A DNA stretch of 64,000 bases, taken from positions 77,373 through 141,372 of the forward strand of contig DGQP01000007.1 of assembly GCA_002400415.1 (NCBI GenBank), written 5' to 3'. The stretch's first letter is position 1. Each line of letters starts with the position of its first letter. Source of the DNA: Chitinophagaceae bacterium UBA4411 (GTDB taxonomy: Bacteria > Bacteroidota > Bacteroidia > Chitinophagales > Chitinophagaceae). Shown here in pieces: positions 10,593 to 21,945 of this stretch. The position numbers were made by a program, and so were the translations under genes. Below the pieces are notes generated by a model. That model searched no databases and was not told the DNA's origin. It saw only the letters and a list, made by a program, of their open reading frames with translations.

Positions 10593-11264
10593 TCAGTAGT
10601 GAAAATCAAGCACTGTATTATGCCGGTAGCTTTTATGGGGTTGAATGGAAACCCCAACCCGTTTGTACGCATAAAGGCATATCTGGCGATGGCCCAGGGA
10701 AGGGACCCCGTCATCTATTAACAATGACATTACAATGTCAAGCGGTTTTTCATTACCGTAATCACAGCATTCACCGTTGAAATACCATTTTTCGCGGCAA
10801 TCATCTGTTTGACGGTTGTGCCCGGTATAAGCAGCAGTGCCGGAACTTACGGCATGACAAAAGGCGCTTACATAACAAAGCGAGTCCGGCAACAGCGATT
10901 TAACCGGTTTCATTTTTCTCATTGTATCCAGCAGGGATTTATAGTAGTTTGAATTGATCAAATAGCCCTTACGGCTTTTTTCCGGGTATTTCTTTATTAC
11001 TGTGCCGGCGAATAGAGAAGGATTCATCCGGGCTAAATTCAGGATGTAGATGATCTCTTTTTCATCAGCACTCATATAGCCGGCTTTTGCCGCGGTATTA
11101 CATTTCAGGTATTTGGGATCATTCCAGACAGAAGAGTATCCGGCCAAAGGTGATTTTACTGCTGATTTCTCCGGCTTTGGTGCAATGAATGAAGCAAAAG
11201 TGATCAGCAGGCTGGCAATAACTAATTTCATATTGTAGCTGGTGGTGGACCTGTTATACGACAA
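10593..11264 (-). CDS. CAP (SCP/PR-1) domain-containing secreted protein (likely start at internal MKLVIASLL signal peptide)
   Basis: Signal peptide. Reads GHNRQ...GHRQICL, a CAP-like HxQ motif set, with several Cys. Low-information call. Confidence 0.4.
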   Translation of the reverse strand: MSYNRSTTSYNMKLVIASLLITFASFIAPKPEKSAVKSPLAGYSSVWNDPKYLKCNTAAKAGYMSADEKEIIYILNLARMNPSLFAGTVIKKYPEKSRKGYLINSNYYKSLLDTMRKMKPVKSLLPDSLCYVSAFCHAVSSGTAAYTGHNRQTDDCREKWYFNGECCDYGNEKPLDIVMSLLIDDGVPSLGHRQICLYAYKRVGVSIQPHKSYRHNTVLDFHY

Positions 11265-11443
11265 AACCGGTCTTTATATTGTAAAAGGAACAAAAGAAAA
11301 CCGGCAATTAAGAACTGATTAACATCTTTGCAGGAATCAATATCGAACTTGTAATGGCAGGTTTAATTCTCTCGGAAGTATGCGGTATTTTGCCGGTGAT
11401 TTGTCTTTGTTTCTTTAGTATTTTGCTTCGTAATTTCTGAAAT

Positions 11444-12268
11444 ATGAAGCAAGGACTAACTGTTTTATTCACGTTGTTTACCATTTCTGCAGCAGTATAC
11501 AGCTGTACAAAAAATACGTACAGCACTACTAATAAGACTTATAAAAAACAGGCAAAGGAGTTCTCCAAATTGCTTCGCAAATATCCCCTGAATGATTCAG
11601 CAGGGCTGTCCTATGCAGACCAGTTTGTCGGAACCACGAACTTGTCTATGCGCCGTCCTAACTACGTTATTATTCACCACACGGCACAAAACAGTTGTGA
11701 GCAAACATTGAGAACGTTTACACTACCCCGCACACAAGTAAGTGCTCATTATGTGATCTGTGAAGACGGAACAGTATACCATATGCTGAATGACCTGCTG
11801 CGGGCACATCATGCCGGGGTTAGTAAGTGGGGCAATGCAACAGATATTAATTCTTCCAGTATCGGGATTGAACTGGATAATAACGGGTATGAATATTTTA
11901 CTGAGCCACAGTTAAAAAGCCTCGCAGAACTATTAGGAAGATTGAAAAGAGCATTTAGTATTCCTGCAGCTAATTTTATAGGACATGGGGATATTGCACC
12001 GACAAGAAAAAACGACCCCAACTGGCGGTTCCCCTGGAAACAACTCGCAGAGCAGGGCTTTGGTATGTGGTGGGGAGATACAACAGGTGTTAGCGTCCCG
12101 GCTAATTTTGATCATTTATCTGCTATCCGGATTGTAGGCTTCGACCTCAAGGATACAACAGCAGCTATCGTTGGCTTTAAAAGACACTGGTTACAGGATA
12201 CCAGCAAAGCCAGCCTGAACGATGCACAAAAAAAAGTGTTGTATATGCTGAGCCGGAAATTTCAATAA
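11444..12268 (+). CDS. N-acetylmuramoyl-L-alanine amidase (Amidase_2/PGRP, AmpD/AmiD-type) with lipoprotein-type signal
   Basis: VIIHHTAQ...SAHYVICEDGTVY...HHAG...IGIELDN...FIGHGDIAP are the zinc-amidase family 2 motifs. Confidence 0.75.
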   Translation: MKQGLTVLFTLFTISAAVYSCTKNTYSTTNKTYKKQAKEFSKLLRKYPLNDSAGLSYADQFVGTTNLSMRRPNYVIIHHTAQNSCEQTLRTFTLPRTQVSAHYVICEDGTVYHMLNDLLRAHHAGVSKWGNATDINSSSIGIELDNNGYEYFTEPQLKSLAELLGRLKRAFSIPAANFIGHGDIAPTRKNDPNWRFPWKQLAEQGFGMWWGDTTGVSVPANFDHLSAIRIVGFDLKDTTAAIVGFKRHWLQDTSKASLNDAQKKVLYMLSRKFQ

Positions 12269-12372
12269 GACCTCTTCAAAAACGATTTGCCGCTAAAATT
12301 CTAACTTCATTGCTTGGTTTGTTATTAAAACTGTTTAATGACAGGCAATTATTGTTGATTTAACTGAATGGA

Positions 12373-15009
12373 ATGACAGCAGAACACCAACGGCTGGCGG
12401 TAAATGCGGCGAAAACCGTTCCTTTGGCTCAATGGGGGCCTTACCTGAGTGAAAGACAATGGGGAACGGTAAGAGAAGATTATTCAGCGCATGGCGATGC
12501 CTGGCATTATTTCCCGTTTGAGCATGCTCATTGCCGTTCCTATTTGTGGGGAGAAGATGGCCTGGCCGGTATTTCTGATTTCTTTGGTAATCTCTGTTTT
12601 TGTGTGGCACTATGGAACGGCAAGGATGAAATACTAAAAGAAAGATTATTTGGCCTGGGTAATCCGCAGGGAAATCACGGGGAAGATGTAAAAGAGTTAT
12701 ACTACTATCTCGATAACCTGCCCACGCATTATTATATGGAGTATTTGTACAAATACCCGCAGCAGGCATTCCCTTATGAACAATTAAGGCAGGAAAACAA
12801 AAAAAGAAGCCGCCTGGAGCCGGAGTATGAGCTACTGGATACGGGAGTATTTGACGGCAACCAGTATTTTGATGTGTTAGTGACTTATGCCAAACAAAGT
12901 GCACAGGATATTTTTATTAAAATTGATATCACGAACCGTTACAGTAAGCCAGCGGAAATAACTGTATTGCCAACGCTCTGGTTTTATAACCGCTGGAACG
13001 ATGGTTCATTAAAAGATAAGCCTTCAATAACCCTGTCAGGTAAAACTTCCGTTAAAGCGACACATGAACGGCTGGGTAATTATAATTTTTACTTCCAGGC
13101 GGCAGATAAGACTTTCTTTACAGAAAATGAAACCAATACAGAGATTGTAACCGGACTTCCGAATAAATCCCTGTTTGTAAAAGATGCTTTTCATAAAGCT
13201 ATTATTAACGGGGAACATATAACTGAGCTTTCAAAAACTAAATCAGGCACCAAGTTTTCCCCCGTTTATAAAATGAAAATTGCCGGGGGAGCTACCAAAT
13301 CTGTTTACTGCCGGCTCACTAACCAGGAAACTGATAACCCTTTTTTTAAAGGGTTCAAAGATATTTTCATATTGCGCAAACAGGAAGCGGATGATTTTTA
13401 TGCAGCCATTCTGCCGAAAGGTATGAATGCGGATATGGCACAGATACAGCGGCAGGCATTGGCCGGAGTGTTGTGGAGCAAACAGTATTATCATTTTGAC
13501 GTGGAGAAATGGTTGTCAACCAGCGATGGGGTGACACCGGTTAGTATTTCCAGGCAAACCGGCCGTAATAATGACTGGACACATTTAAAGAACCAGGATA
13601 TTATCATGATGCCGGATAAATGGGAGTATCCCTGGTATGCGGCATGGGATCTTGCTTTTCAATGTATCTCTATGGCAGTGGTGGATCCCACATTTGCCAA
13701 GCACCAGTTATTACTCGTGATGAGGGAATGGTATATGAAGCCGGATGGCCAGTTACCTTCTTACGAATGGAATTTCAGTGATGTAAATCCTCCCGTCCAG
13801 GCCTGGGCAGCGATGCAGGTATATAATATTGAAAAAAAGCAAACGGGTAAAGGTGATATTGTTTTCCTGAAAAAAGTCTTTCAAAAACTCCTGATCAATT
13901 TTACCTGGTGGATCAACCGGAAAGATGTGAATGGAAATAACATTTTTGAAGGAGGCTTCCTGGGGCTGGACAATATTGGTGTATTTAACCGGAGTTTTCA
14001 TTTCCCCGGTGAAATGCAACTGGAACAGGCAGACGGTACCAGCTGGATGGGAACCTATGCGCTGGATATGATGGATATTGCCCTGGAGATTTCAATCCAG
14101 GATCCTTCTTTTGAAGACACGGCGACAAAATTCTTTGAGCACTTCGTATTGATAGCGGAATCATTGAACCAGCATGGACTATGGAATGAAGAAGACCGGT
14201 TCTTCTATGATGTGCTTTGTGTTGCTGGTGCCGAACCCATTCCGTTGCGTATTCAATCCATTGTCGGGCTCACTCCATTATATGCTGTATCCACGATCAG
14301 CAAACTGGTGATGGATCAGTTGGGCGATTTTAAAAAAAGAACCACCTGGTTTGAAAACTTCCGGAAAAGCAGTGCCAAGTTCTGGCCGAATGAAGAAAGA
14401 AGTAAAGACGGCGAGATCATATTATCGCTGATTCCTAAAGACCGGTTGATCGATTTACTGAAAAGGCTGTTGGACGAGAAGGAGTTTTTATCAGAAGGAG
14501 GTATCAGGGCTTTATCAAAAGTGCATGAAGACAAACCTTACTCGGTGACGGTGGATGGAAATATTTATACGATCCGCTATGATCCGGGTGATTCAACTTC
14601 TGATATGTTTGGTGGCAACTCTAACTGGCGGGGCCCGGTGTGGATGCCAATCAATTTCCTGATCATTCAGTCCATCCGGAAATACGGGGAGTTTTACGGC
14701 GATGAGTTACTGATCGATTACCCAACAGGATCGGGTAATAAGATCAATCTTATACAAGTGGCCAATGAACTGACCAAACGGGTGATCAGTCTATTTGAGA
14801 AAGATACTGATGGTAAGCGCCGTCTCTATGGCGATTACAGCTGGTTCTATCAGCAACCCGGCAATGAGAATCTCGTTTTATTCTATGAATATTTTCATGG
14901 TGATAGCGGCCGGGGCCTGGGTGCAAACCATCAAACAGGATGGACGGCGCTGGTAGCCGAACTGATCAGTGAATACGGGGGCGGAACAAGGCTGGAAGAA
15001 CAGGGTTAA
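12373..15009 (+). CDS. glycoside hydrolase, (alpha/alpha)6-barrel glucosidase (GH63/MGH-like)
   Basis: 878 aa protein. Its length and motifs (DWTHLKNQDIIMMPDKWEYPWYAAWD, EWNFSDVNPPVQAWA) resemble the mannosyl-oligosaccharide glucosidase / YgjK family. Assignment is from memory only. Confidence 0.45.
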   Translation: MTAEHQRLAVNAAKTVPLAQWGPYLSERQWGTVREDYSAHGDAWHYFPFEHAHCRSYLWGEDGLAGISDFFGNLCFCVALWNGKDEILKERLFGLGNPQGNHGEDVKELYYYLDNLPTHYYMEYLYKYPQQAFPYEQLRQENKKRSRLEPEYELLDTGVFDGNQYFDVLVTYAKQSAQDIFIKIDITNRYSKPAEITVLPTLWFYNRWNDGSLKDKPSITLSGKTSVKATHERLGNYNFYFQAADKTFFTENETNTEIVTGLPNKSLFVKDAFHKAIINGEHITELSKTKSGTKFSPVYKMKIAGGATKSVYCRLTNQETDNPFFKGFKDIFILRKQEADDFYAAILPKGMNADMAQIQRQALAGVLWSKQYYHFDVEKWLSTSDGVTPVSISRQTGRNNDWTHLKNQDIIMMPDKWEYPWYAAWDLAFQCISMAVVDPTFAKHQLLLVMREWYMKPDGQLPSYEWNFSDVNPPVQAWAAMQVYNIEKKQTGKGDIVFLKKVFQKLLINFTWWINRKDVNGNNIFEGGFLGLDNIGVFNRSFHFPGEMQLEQADGTSWMGTYALDMMDIALEISIQDPSFEDTATKFFEHFVLIAESLNQHGLWNEEDRFFYDVLCVAGAEPIPLRIQSIVGLTPLYAVSTISKLVMDQLGDFKKRTTWFENFRKSSAKFWPNEERSKDGEIILSLIPKDRLIDLLKRLLDEKEFLSEGGIRALSKVHEDKPYSVTVDGNIYTIRYDPGDSTSDMFGGNSNWRGPVWMPINFLIIQSIRKYGEFYGDELLIDYPTGSGNKINLIQVANELTKRVISLFEKDTDGKRRLYGDYSWFYQQPGNENLVLFYEYFHGDSGRGLGANHQTGWTALVAELISEYGGGTRLEEQG

Positions 15010-15941
15010 TCTCTTTTAATAAAAGTACATTGTCTGTAGGAGCCCGGCGTAATCCCTTCTGTTTTCTTGAACAGGCGTACGAAATAATTTACATCTGTAA
15101 AGCCGCATTGCTGGCTGATTGAAGTAATACTATTCTTATCATCTGCTAATAACTGTTTCGCTAGTTTAATACGTTCCCGTTTAATATACTCCAGCGGTGT
15201 AATGCCAAACTGTTCCCTGAACCATTTAAAAAACTCATTTCGGCTCATATAAGCTTTCCGGCTCAGTGTGTTTACCGAAATTTTATCCGTCAGGTGTTCT
15301 GTGATGTAATGTAATACATAATGCAGGCGGCTGTGGTTTTGCTGGTCTGCCGATTCTATGCTCACCTGCATCAGGTGCTGGCTTTGCAGTAACCGTATCA
15401 GCAGTTCTTTCAGGTTGAGATCGGCATAAATGTCTTTGGCTTTGTCGCTGCTGCTGCATACCCGGATCAGTTTATTGATCAGGTCCGTTACTTCGGTATC
15501 ATTTGCAAAATGATATTGATTGAATTGTAATTTCCAGTTATGTGAAGAATCCGGGTCGCTGTTGTAATAAGTATCCAGGTAGTTCAATGTCTGATTCACA
15601 TACCGCGCATCAACAGCCAGCGCAATACACTGTGTGGGATTATTGGCCTCAGCTTCAGGGAAATCAATCACCATGGTTTCGTTGGCGGGAACAATCACGG
15701 TTTCCCCGGGCAGGTAATCAAAAGCGGGTTTGTCAAATAAGTGCATCACCTTTTTCCCCCTCACCATACTGGTAATCACAAAATCATCAAAAGTCAGGGG
15801 CACACGGTAAGCCTCCGTATAGCTTTCAAATACATTTAATTCGCAATTATTCAGGTTGAATATACGGCGGTTCTCCACCAGTGTCTGAAGGTACCTGGGA
15901 TGGGTCAGGTCGATTGTATTAAGAAGGCTTTTCGCTGGCAA
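15006..15941 (-). CDS. AraC family transcriptional regulator
   Basis: C-terminal dual HTH (YMSRNEFFKWFREQFGITPLEYIKRERIKLAKQLL). Cupin-like N-terminal half. Confidence 0.8.
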   Translation of the reverse strand: MPAKSLLNTIDLTHPRYLQTLVENRRIFNLNNCELNVFESYTEAYRVPLTFDDFVITSMVRGKKVMHLFDKPAFDYLPGETVIVPANETMVIDFPEAEANNPTQCIALAVDARYVNQTLNYLDTYYNSDPDSSHNWKLQFNQYHFANDTEVTDLINKLIRVCSSSDKAKDIYADLNLKELLIRLLQSQHLMQVSIESADQQNHSRLHYVLHYITEHLTDKISVNTLSRKAYMSRNEFFKWFREQFGITPLEYIKRERIKLAKQLLADDKNSITSISQQCGFTDVNYFVRLFKKTEGITPGSYRQCTFIKRD

Positions 15942-16084
15942 GCGCTGAAATTTAGATATTTAAATTAGTCAATCTGCCCCAGCAGGCCAATAGTACAGGT
16001 ACGATTGTGCTATAAAAAAATACAAAAGTACCCTTATGTCTTTTATTTAATCAGGAAGTTAGACCTATTAACTAACGATTAAAA

Positions 16085-17626
16085 TTGCCAGACATGAGTA
16101 CAACTACAGCTAAGGCCCCCAAATCCAATGTGGCGGCAAGGCCTCAATTCAAAGAAAAATATGATCACTATATCGGGGGCCGGTGGGTGGCTCCTGCCAG
16201 CGGTGACTATTTTGAGAATGTTTCTCCCCTGGATGGGAAAGTATTTACCAGGGCTGCCCGCGGGAATGAAAAAGATATTGAGAAAGCAATTGATGCCGCC
16301 ACTGCGGCCTTCAAAACATGGAGTAAGACGGCAGCGGCTTACCGGAGTAACCTGCTTTTAAAAATTGCCCAGGTAATAGAAGATAACCTGGAATACCTGG
16401 CTATTGTTGAAACGATTGATAACGGGAAGGCGCTCCGGGAGACCCGTGCTGCTGACCTGCCGCTGGTGGCGGATCATTTCCGTTATTTCGCCGGGGTATT
16501 GCGCAGCGAAGAAGGTTCAATAAGTGAGCATGATGAAACTACAGTAAGTATTAACCTGCATGAGCCAATCGGCGTGGTCGGACAGATTATCCCTTGGAAT
16601 TTTCCGTTGTTAATGGCTGCCTGGAAAATTGCTCCCGCCTTAGCGGCCGGCTGTACTGTCATTGTGAAACCTGCCGAACAGACGCCTACCAGTATTATGT
16701 GCCTTATGGAACTGGTAGGTGATATTTTACCTGAAGGAGTACTAAATATTGTAACAGGTTTTGGTCCTGAAGCCGGCAAGCCACTGGCAACCTCACCCCG
16801 CATCAATAAAGTGGCTTTTACAGGAGAAACAACAACCGGCCGGCTCATCATGCAATATGCATCCGAGAACCTGATACCGGTAACAATGGAACTGGGTGGC
16901 AAGAGCCCGAATATTTTCTTTGAATCTGTGGGCGATGCAGATGATGAATATTTTGATAAAGCAGTGGAAGGAGCCGTGATGTTTGCATTGAACCAGGGGG
17001 AAGTATGTACCTGTCCTTCCCGGATACTGGTGCATGAAAAGATATATGATAAATTCATGGACAGGGTGGTGCAAAGGACAAAAGCGATCAAACTCGGTAA
17101 CCCGCTGGATGAAACTGTGATGATGGGTGCACAGGCTTCAGAAGATCAGTATAGAAAAATACTCAGCTACCTGGACATTGGTAAGCAGGAAGGAGCGGAT
17201 GTATTATGCGGTGGTGAGGCATTTCACCAGAACAGCGGGCTGGAACATGGTTTTTATATTAAGCCTACTATTTTCAAAGGCAATAATAAGATGCGCATCT
17301 TCCAGGAAGAAATATTCGGTCCGGTTACTTCTGTCACTACTTTCAAGACAACAGATGAAGCCATTGCTATTGCAAATGATACCCTGTATGGGCTGGGAGC
17401 TGGTGTATGGACCCGGGATGCCCATGAAATGTACCAGGTACCAAGAGCCATACAGGCAGGCCGTGTTTGGGTGAACTGCTATCATCATTATCCCGCACAT
17501 GCTCCTTTCGGAGGTTATAAAAAATCAGGATTCGGAAGAGAAACACACAAGATGATGCTGAATCATTACAGGCAAACTAAGAATATGCTCATCTCTTACA
17601 GCAAGGATAAACTTGGATTTTTCTAA
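16085..17626 (+). CDS. NAD(P)-dependent aldehyde dehydrogenase
   Basis: [19 protein letters not shown] and the catalytic Cys region (GEVCTCPSR) are ALDH family signatures. Confidence 0.85.
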   Translation: MPDMSTTTAKAPKSNVAARPQFKEKYDHYIGGRWVAPASGDYFENVSPLDGKVFTRAARGNEKDIEKAIDAATAAFKTWSKTAAAYRSNLLLKIAQVIEDNLEYLAIVETIDNGKALRETRAADLPLVADHFRYFAGVLRSEEGSISEHDETTVSINLHEPIGVVGQIIPWNFPLLMAAWKIAPALAAGCTVIVKPAEQTPTSIMCLMELVGDILPEGVLNIVTGFGPEAGKPLATSPRINKVAFTGETTTGRLIMQYASENLIPVTMELGGKSPNIFFESVGDADDEYFDKAVEGAVMFALNQGEVCTCPSRILVHEKIYDKFMDRVVQRTKAIKLGNPLDETVMMGAQASEDQYRKILSYLDIGKQEGADVLCGGEAFHQNSGLEHGFYIKPTIFKGNNKMRIFQEEIFGPVTSVTTFKTTDEAIAIANDTLYGLGAGVWTRDAHEMYQVPRAIQAGRVWVNCYHHYPAHAPFGGYKKSGFGRETHKMMLNHYRQTKNMLISYSKDKLGFF

Positions 17627-17715
17627 GGCAGGCATGAAAGACCCGCAGCGGCCTGAAGGCCGCTGCTCTTTTAAAAGCGGTAAACCTGTTTATTTACTAA
17701 GTAATTCTTTTACGA

Positions 17716-18096
17716 ATGCCTGTTGCAAGAGTTATAGCCACGGATGCAGCCAAACAGCTTATTCAGCAGTTGCAGCAAATACATGGGCCTTTAATGTTTC
17801 ATCAAAGCGGGGGTTGTTGTGACGGTAGCCAGCCTATGTGTTTCCCTGATGGTGAATTCCGGGTGGGACGAAGTGATGTTTGCCTTGCAGAAGTAGAAGG
17901 GTGCCGGTTCTATATGAGTGCAGATCAGTTTGAATACTGGAAGCATACCCAGCTGATCTTACATGTTACCGCAGGCCGGGGCAGCAGTTTTTCGCTTGAG
18001 ATCCCGCTGGGGGTACGTTTTTACATTGAATCAAAACTATTCAGCGAAGAAGAAATAAATCACCTTACGCCATTATTGAACTTTGAAACAGATTAA
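17716..18096 (+). CDS. DUF779 family protein (aldehyde-dehydrogenase-associated)
   Basis: Reads HQSGGCCDGS..P.CFP, the DUF779 motif. Lies immediately downstream of ALDH, the usual arrangement. Confidence 0.65.
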   Translation: MPVARVIATDAAKQLIQQLQQIHGPLMFHQSGGCCDGSQPMCFPDGEFRVGRSDVCLAEVEGCRFYMSADQFEYWKHTQLILHVTAGRGSSFSLEIPLGVRFYIESKLFSEEEINHLTPLLNFETD

Positions 18097-19634
18097 TGCA
18101 GTTCTCCGGCCGGTTCATGATCATCGTATTGATCCCGGAGTTTTAGTAATTCTTTTTTTAGCTGTTGAATATGTTTTTGATAAGCTGCCGATCTGACCAG
18201 GTTGGTTTGTTCTGCCGGGTCTTTCTGCAGGTCATAAAATTCCCATTCATTCACGGTGTAGAAATAAATAAGTTTGTATCGTTCACCTCTTACCGCCAGG
18301 TGCGGAATAACGGTGTGATCTTTTACAAATTCATAATAGTGATAGTAAAGATATTTCCGGGAAAGTCCTGTTCGCTTGCTGGTCAGTATGGGTTTAATAC
18401 TTACACCCTGCATCCATCCGGGAATCTTAACACCGGCAATATCAAGCATAGTGGGAGCGAAATCAATATTCTGTACCATCGCATTGCTCACTGTTCCCTT
18501 GTGAATTTTTCCCGGCCACCTGACTAATAATGGAGTTCCCATGGATACGTCATACGCAAAACGTTTATCAAACCAGCCATTTTCTCCTAAATAAAATCCC
18601 TGGTCACTGGTATAGATCACGGCAGTGTTATCCGTTAAATTATTATCATCAAGATATTTTAAAATGACACCCACACTTTCGTCAATGGAAGCAACACAGG
18701 CCATATAGTCCTGCATATACCATTGATATTTGTATTTCATCAGCTCTTTACCGGATAGTTTCTTATCCCGGATCAGCTGCCCTCTTTCGGCATAGATCTC
18801 TTCAAACCTTGCTCTTTCACTTGCCGGCATTCTCCGCATGATCGCATTGTAAGTGGCAATATCGTCTGCATCCGGTTTTAGTTCCGGGATATCCATAAGA
18901 TATTTGGGATCTATTTTCAAATCGCCGCATAAACGCATATCCAGTAAAATACTCATGGTCTGAATGCGCCAGGCACTGCTATGCCCTGCTGTATCATTAT
19001 ATAATGTAGCCGGTTCCGGAAATGTTCTTTCATGAAATTGCTCTAAATATTTCAACGCCGGTACAAAATTCCGGTGCGGGGCTTTGTGATGGAAGAAAAG
19101 AGCAAAAGGTTTGTTCTTATCCCGGCTGTTGAGCCAGTTGATGGCATCATGGGTCAGCACATCAGCAGAGTATCCTTTTTCCGTAATCGTATCACCGTTC
19201 ATCGTGATCATCCGGGTATCAAAATACTGTCCCATCCCTGGTAAAATTCTCCAGTAATCAAACCCGGTGGGGTAGGAGTGCAAATGCCACTTGCCAATCA
19301 ATGCTGTCTGGTAACCAGCCTGCCCTAATAAATGACCGATATTGGTTTTGGAAGAATCAAATCTTGTCCGGTTATCCTTTACCCCGTTTTTATGTGAATG
19401 TTGCCCGGTCAGCATTGTAGCTCTTGCAGGGGCGCAAATGGAATTACCTACAAAAGCTTTGTTGAACTTCATGCCTTCGCGAGCAATCCTGTCGATATTC
19501 GGGGTTTGTATAAATTGTTTATTATAGGCACTGATGGCATCATTATCATGATCATCACTCATGATATAAATAATATTAGGCTGTTGGGCCGCAATGGTGC
19601 AGGAACATAGCAAAAGAAATAACAGGATTCGCAT
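18093..19634 (-). CDS. sulfatase (formylglycine-dependent arylsulfatase family)
   Basis: Signal peptide. SICAPARATMLTGQH contains the C-x-P-x-R formylglycine motif. Confidence 0.85.
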   Translation of the reverse strand: MRILLFLLLCSCTIAAQQPNIIYIMSDDHDNDAISAYNKQFIQTPNIDRIAREGMKFNKAFVGNSICAPARATMLTGQHSHKNGVKDNRTRFDSSKTNIGHLLGQAGYQTALIGKWHLHSYPTGFDYWRILPGMGQYFDTRMITMNGDTITEKGYSADVLTHDAINWLNSRDKNKPFALFFHHKAPHRNFVPALKYLEQFHERTFPEPATLYNDTAGHSSAWRIQTMSILLDMRLCGDLKIDPKYLMDIPELKPDADDIATYNAIMRRMPASERARFEEIYAERGQLIRDKKLSGKELMKYKYQWYMQDYMACVASIDESVGVILKYLDDNNLTDNTAVIYTSDQGFYLGENGWFDKRFAYDVSMGTPLLVRWPGKIHKGTVSNAMVQNIDFAPTMLDIAGVKIPGWMQGVSIKPILTSKRTGLSRKYLYYHYYEFVKDHTVIPHLAVRGERYKLIYFYTVNEWEFYDLQKDPAEQTNLVRSAAYQKHIQQLKKELLKLRDQYDDHEPAGELH

Positions 19635-19687
19635 GAGAGGAAAGTTACAATAATTATATCTATGTAGATTTGGGAAAATAATACTGT

Positions 19688-20632
19688 ATGGAGTTTGGCC
19701 GTGTACCGGAAAACGAGTTGAATGGAATTGACTTTAGCCTGCCGGCAGAGCCGGCATCTAATAAGGCTATATTAAAAGGCAAGCTTGCAAAAAATCCTAA
19801 AGTGTATGTGGGTTGTGCCAAATGGGGCCGGACCGAATGGGTGGGAAAGATATATCCTCCAAAAACCAAAGAGAAAGATTTCCTGCAGCACTATGTGGAG
19901 CATTATAATTGTATTGAACTCAATGCCACGCATTATAAAGTATACGGGGAAGCGGGTACAAGGAAATGGGCAGAAAAAGCAAAGGGGAAGGATTTTTTGT
20001 TTTGTCCCAAGATGTACAAAGGAGTTACTCACTTTGGCAGCCTGAAAGGCAAGGATTTTATCAGTAATGAATTCTTACGGGGTATCATGGGTTTTGAACA
20101 ACATCTCGGACCCGTCTTCGTGCAGGTGAGTGATACGTTCTCTCCTAAGCGAAAAGAAGAGTTGTTCACCTACCTGGGATCATTGCCCACCGACCTTCAA
20201 TTCTTTTTAGAAGTTCGTCACCCTGACTGGTTTGCTAAGGAGAAAGACCGGGAAGATATGTTTGCCTTTCTCCGTGATCATAATATGGGTGCCGTGATAA
20301 CCGATACTGCCGGGAGAAGGGATTGTGCCCATATGCACCTGACCGTTCCCAAAGCCTTTATCCGTTATGTGGGGAATAGTTTACATCCTTCTGATTATAC
20401 CCGGACGGATGTGTGGGTGGAACGAATGAAATACTGGCTGGATAAAGGCATGGAAGAACTGTATTTTTTCATGCATATGCATGATGAAGCCACTTCTCCC
20501 GAGCTGACGGTGTACCTCGTTGATAAAATGAATGCGGCCTGCGGATTGAACCTGATCAAACCGAAATTTGTGGAGGCTGGTTCACAGCCAGCAGCTAAAA
20601 CCAAGTCAAAGCAAAAAGGATTATTTGATTAA
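19688..20632 (+). CDS. DUF72 domain-containing protein
   Basis: Reads VGCAKWGRTEW...FVQVSDTFSP, the DUF72 (UPF0759) pattern. Confidence 0.6.
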   Translation: MEFGRVPENELNGIDFSLPAEPASNKAILKGKLAKNPKVYVGCAKWGRTEWVGKIYPPKTKEKDFLQHYVEHYNCIELNATHYKVYGEAGTRKWAEKAKGKDFLFCPKMYKGVTHFGSLKGKDFISNEFLRGIMGFEQHLGPVFVQVSDTFSPKRKEELFTYLGSLPTDLQFFLEVRHPDWFAKEKDREDMFAFLRDHNMGAVITDTAGRRDCAHMHLTVPKAFIRYVGNSLHPSDYTRTDVWVERMKYWLDKGMEELYFFMHMHDEATSPELTVYLVDKMNAACGLNLIKPKFVEAGSQPAAKTKSKQKGLFD

Positions 20633-21945
20633 TGTATTTCAAACAATTCATCCCATCGGCTGGTGTAGCGGCCGCTGATATGATTTTGCTGCATCTTCCA
20701 GTTGCGGGTGGTGCCGGAAGCAGCGAATTTTAGCACATCATCCCGCTGGCTGAAATTAACATTATCAATCATATCCATCAGTTTCCGTTCACAGTTTTTA
20801 TTTTCAGCCAGGAATAAATTTCCCTGGATGGAACTATCGGGCACAATACCGCTCAGCATCACACCGGCTTTCTTGTACAGCTTTCCTTTTTCAAATAAAG
20901 TGTCCACCAGGGCAACAGCTGGTTTGATAAGTTCATTGGTGAAAGAAGTGGCGGCGGGTAACGTAGTGTGGTTACTGTGTGTGGCACCACGGTTAAATGT
21001 AACATTATGATTCTCTTCTTTGGACACTACAAATACACTGATCACCCTGGCAGCACCATGCTGCCGTCTTAATTTTTCTGCTGCCCTTGAAGTATAAGTA
21101 GCCACCGCTTCTTTGATAGAAGTAATATCAGCAACCGGGCTGCCAAACATGCGGGTGGTGGCAATCATTTTTTTATTGACCAGTTCTTCTTCCATTTCTT
21201 TGGCGGTAATACCTTTTAACTCCCGGATCAGTCTTGCTCCCACCACGCCACCTAAGTGTGTTTTGGCAAACGCCTCGCTTACATTTCTTAACTGCAGTGC
21301 ATCATAAATACACCATTGTTCTTTCAGTTTCTGCGCATACTGGTAACCCACACCCCAGATATCATCCACGGCTGTCTTCCGTAATGCTTCAATGATCTTT
21401 TCTTCCGTATCCAGCACCAGGACACAGCCGGTTTTTTGTTTATCTTTTTTCGACAACCGGTTCGCCAGTTTCGCTAATACTTTTGTCGGGGCCACACCTA
21501 CGGACACGTTGATGCCGGTCCACTTTTCTACAGTTGTCCTGATCTGCATCGCAATGGCCGGTAAATCTTCCGGTGGAAACATAGCCAGGTCCAGGAAGCA
21601 CTCATCCACGGAATATACTTCCACGTTTTTTTCACCGAGCATGATCCGAAGGGTTTCCATCACCCGCCAGCTCAGATCGCCATATAAATTATAATTGGAA
21701 GAAAATACAGCCACCCTGTACTTTTCTATCAGCGGCTTTGCTTTGAAAAAGGGCCCTGCCATTTCCACCCCCAATTTTTTGGCTTCATCACTGCGGGAAA
21801 TGATACAACCATCGTTATTGCTTAATACAACAACAGGCTTTTTGTCCAGGTGCGGTTTGAATAACCGTTCACAGGAACAATAGAAATTGTTGCAATCAAC
21901 AATCGCCTTCATACCGGGTGAATTACATACGTTACCACTCCCCAT
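20629..21945 (-). CDS. umuC: Y-family DNA polymerase (UmuC-like translesion polymerase V subunit)
   Basis: The N-terminus VDCNNFYCSCERLF.P.L..KPVVVLSNNDGC(I/V)I.RS.EAK.LGV is the UmuC/DinB palm signature. Overlaps the upstream S24 peptidase gene. Confidence 0.8.
   Translation of the reverse strand: MGSGNVCNSPGMKAIVDCNNFYCSCERLFKPHLDKKPVVVLSNNDGCIISRSDEAKKLGVEMAGPFFKAKPLIEKYRVAVFSSNYNLYGDLSWRVMETLRIMLGEKNVEVYSVDECFLDLAMFPPEDLPAIAMQIRTTVEKWTGINVSVGVAPTKVLAKLANRLSKKDKQKTGCVLVLDTEEKIIEALRKTAVDDIWGVGYQYAQKLKEQWCIYDALQLRNVSEAFAKTHLGGVVGARLIRELKGITAKEMEEELVNKKMIATTRMFGSPVADITSIKEAVATYTSRAAEKLRRQHGAARVISVFVVSKEENHNVTFNRGATHSNHTTLPAATSFTNELIKPAVALVDTLFEKGKLYKKAGVMLSGIVPDSSIQGNLFLAENKNCERKLMDMIDNVNFSQRDDVLKFAASGTTRNWKMQQNHISGRYTSRWDELFEIH

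Noticed and set aside
12335-12904. 189-aa minus-strand ORF overlapping the start of the glycoside hydrolase gene
   Set aside because: It overlaps a much longer coherent ORF with recognisable domain features and is Pro/His-rich and low in complexity. It is a shadow ORF.
16483-17091. 202-aa antisense ORF within the aldehyde dehydrogenase gene
   Set aside because: The ALDH frame contains the full set of family motifs. The antisense frame has none.
17613-17822. 69-aa ORF between the ALDH gene and DUF779 as an alternative DUF779 start or small protein
   Set aside because: It is in a different frame from the DUF779 ORF and is Cys/Ser-rich with no motif. The DUF779 start at 17716 gives a protein of typical length.
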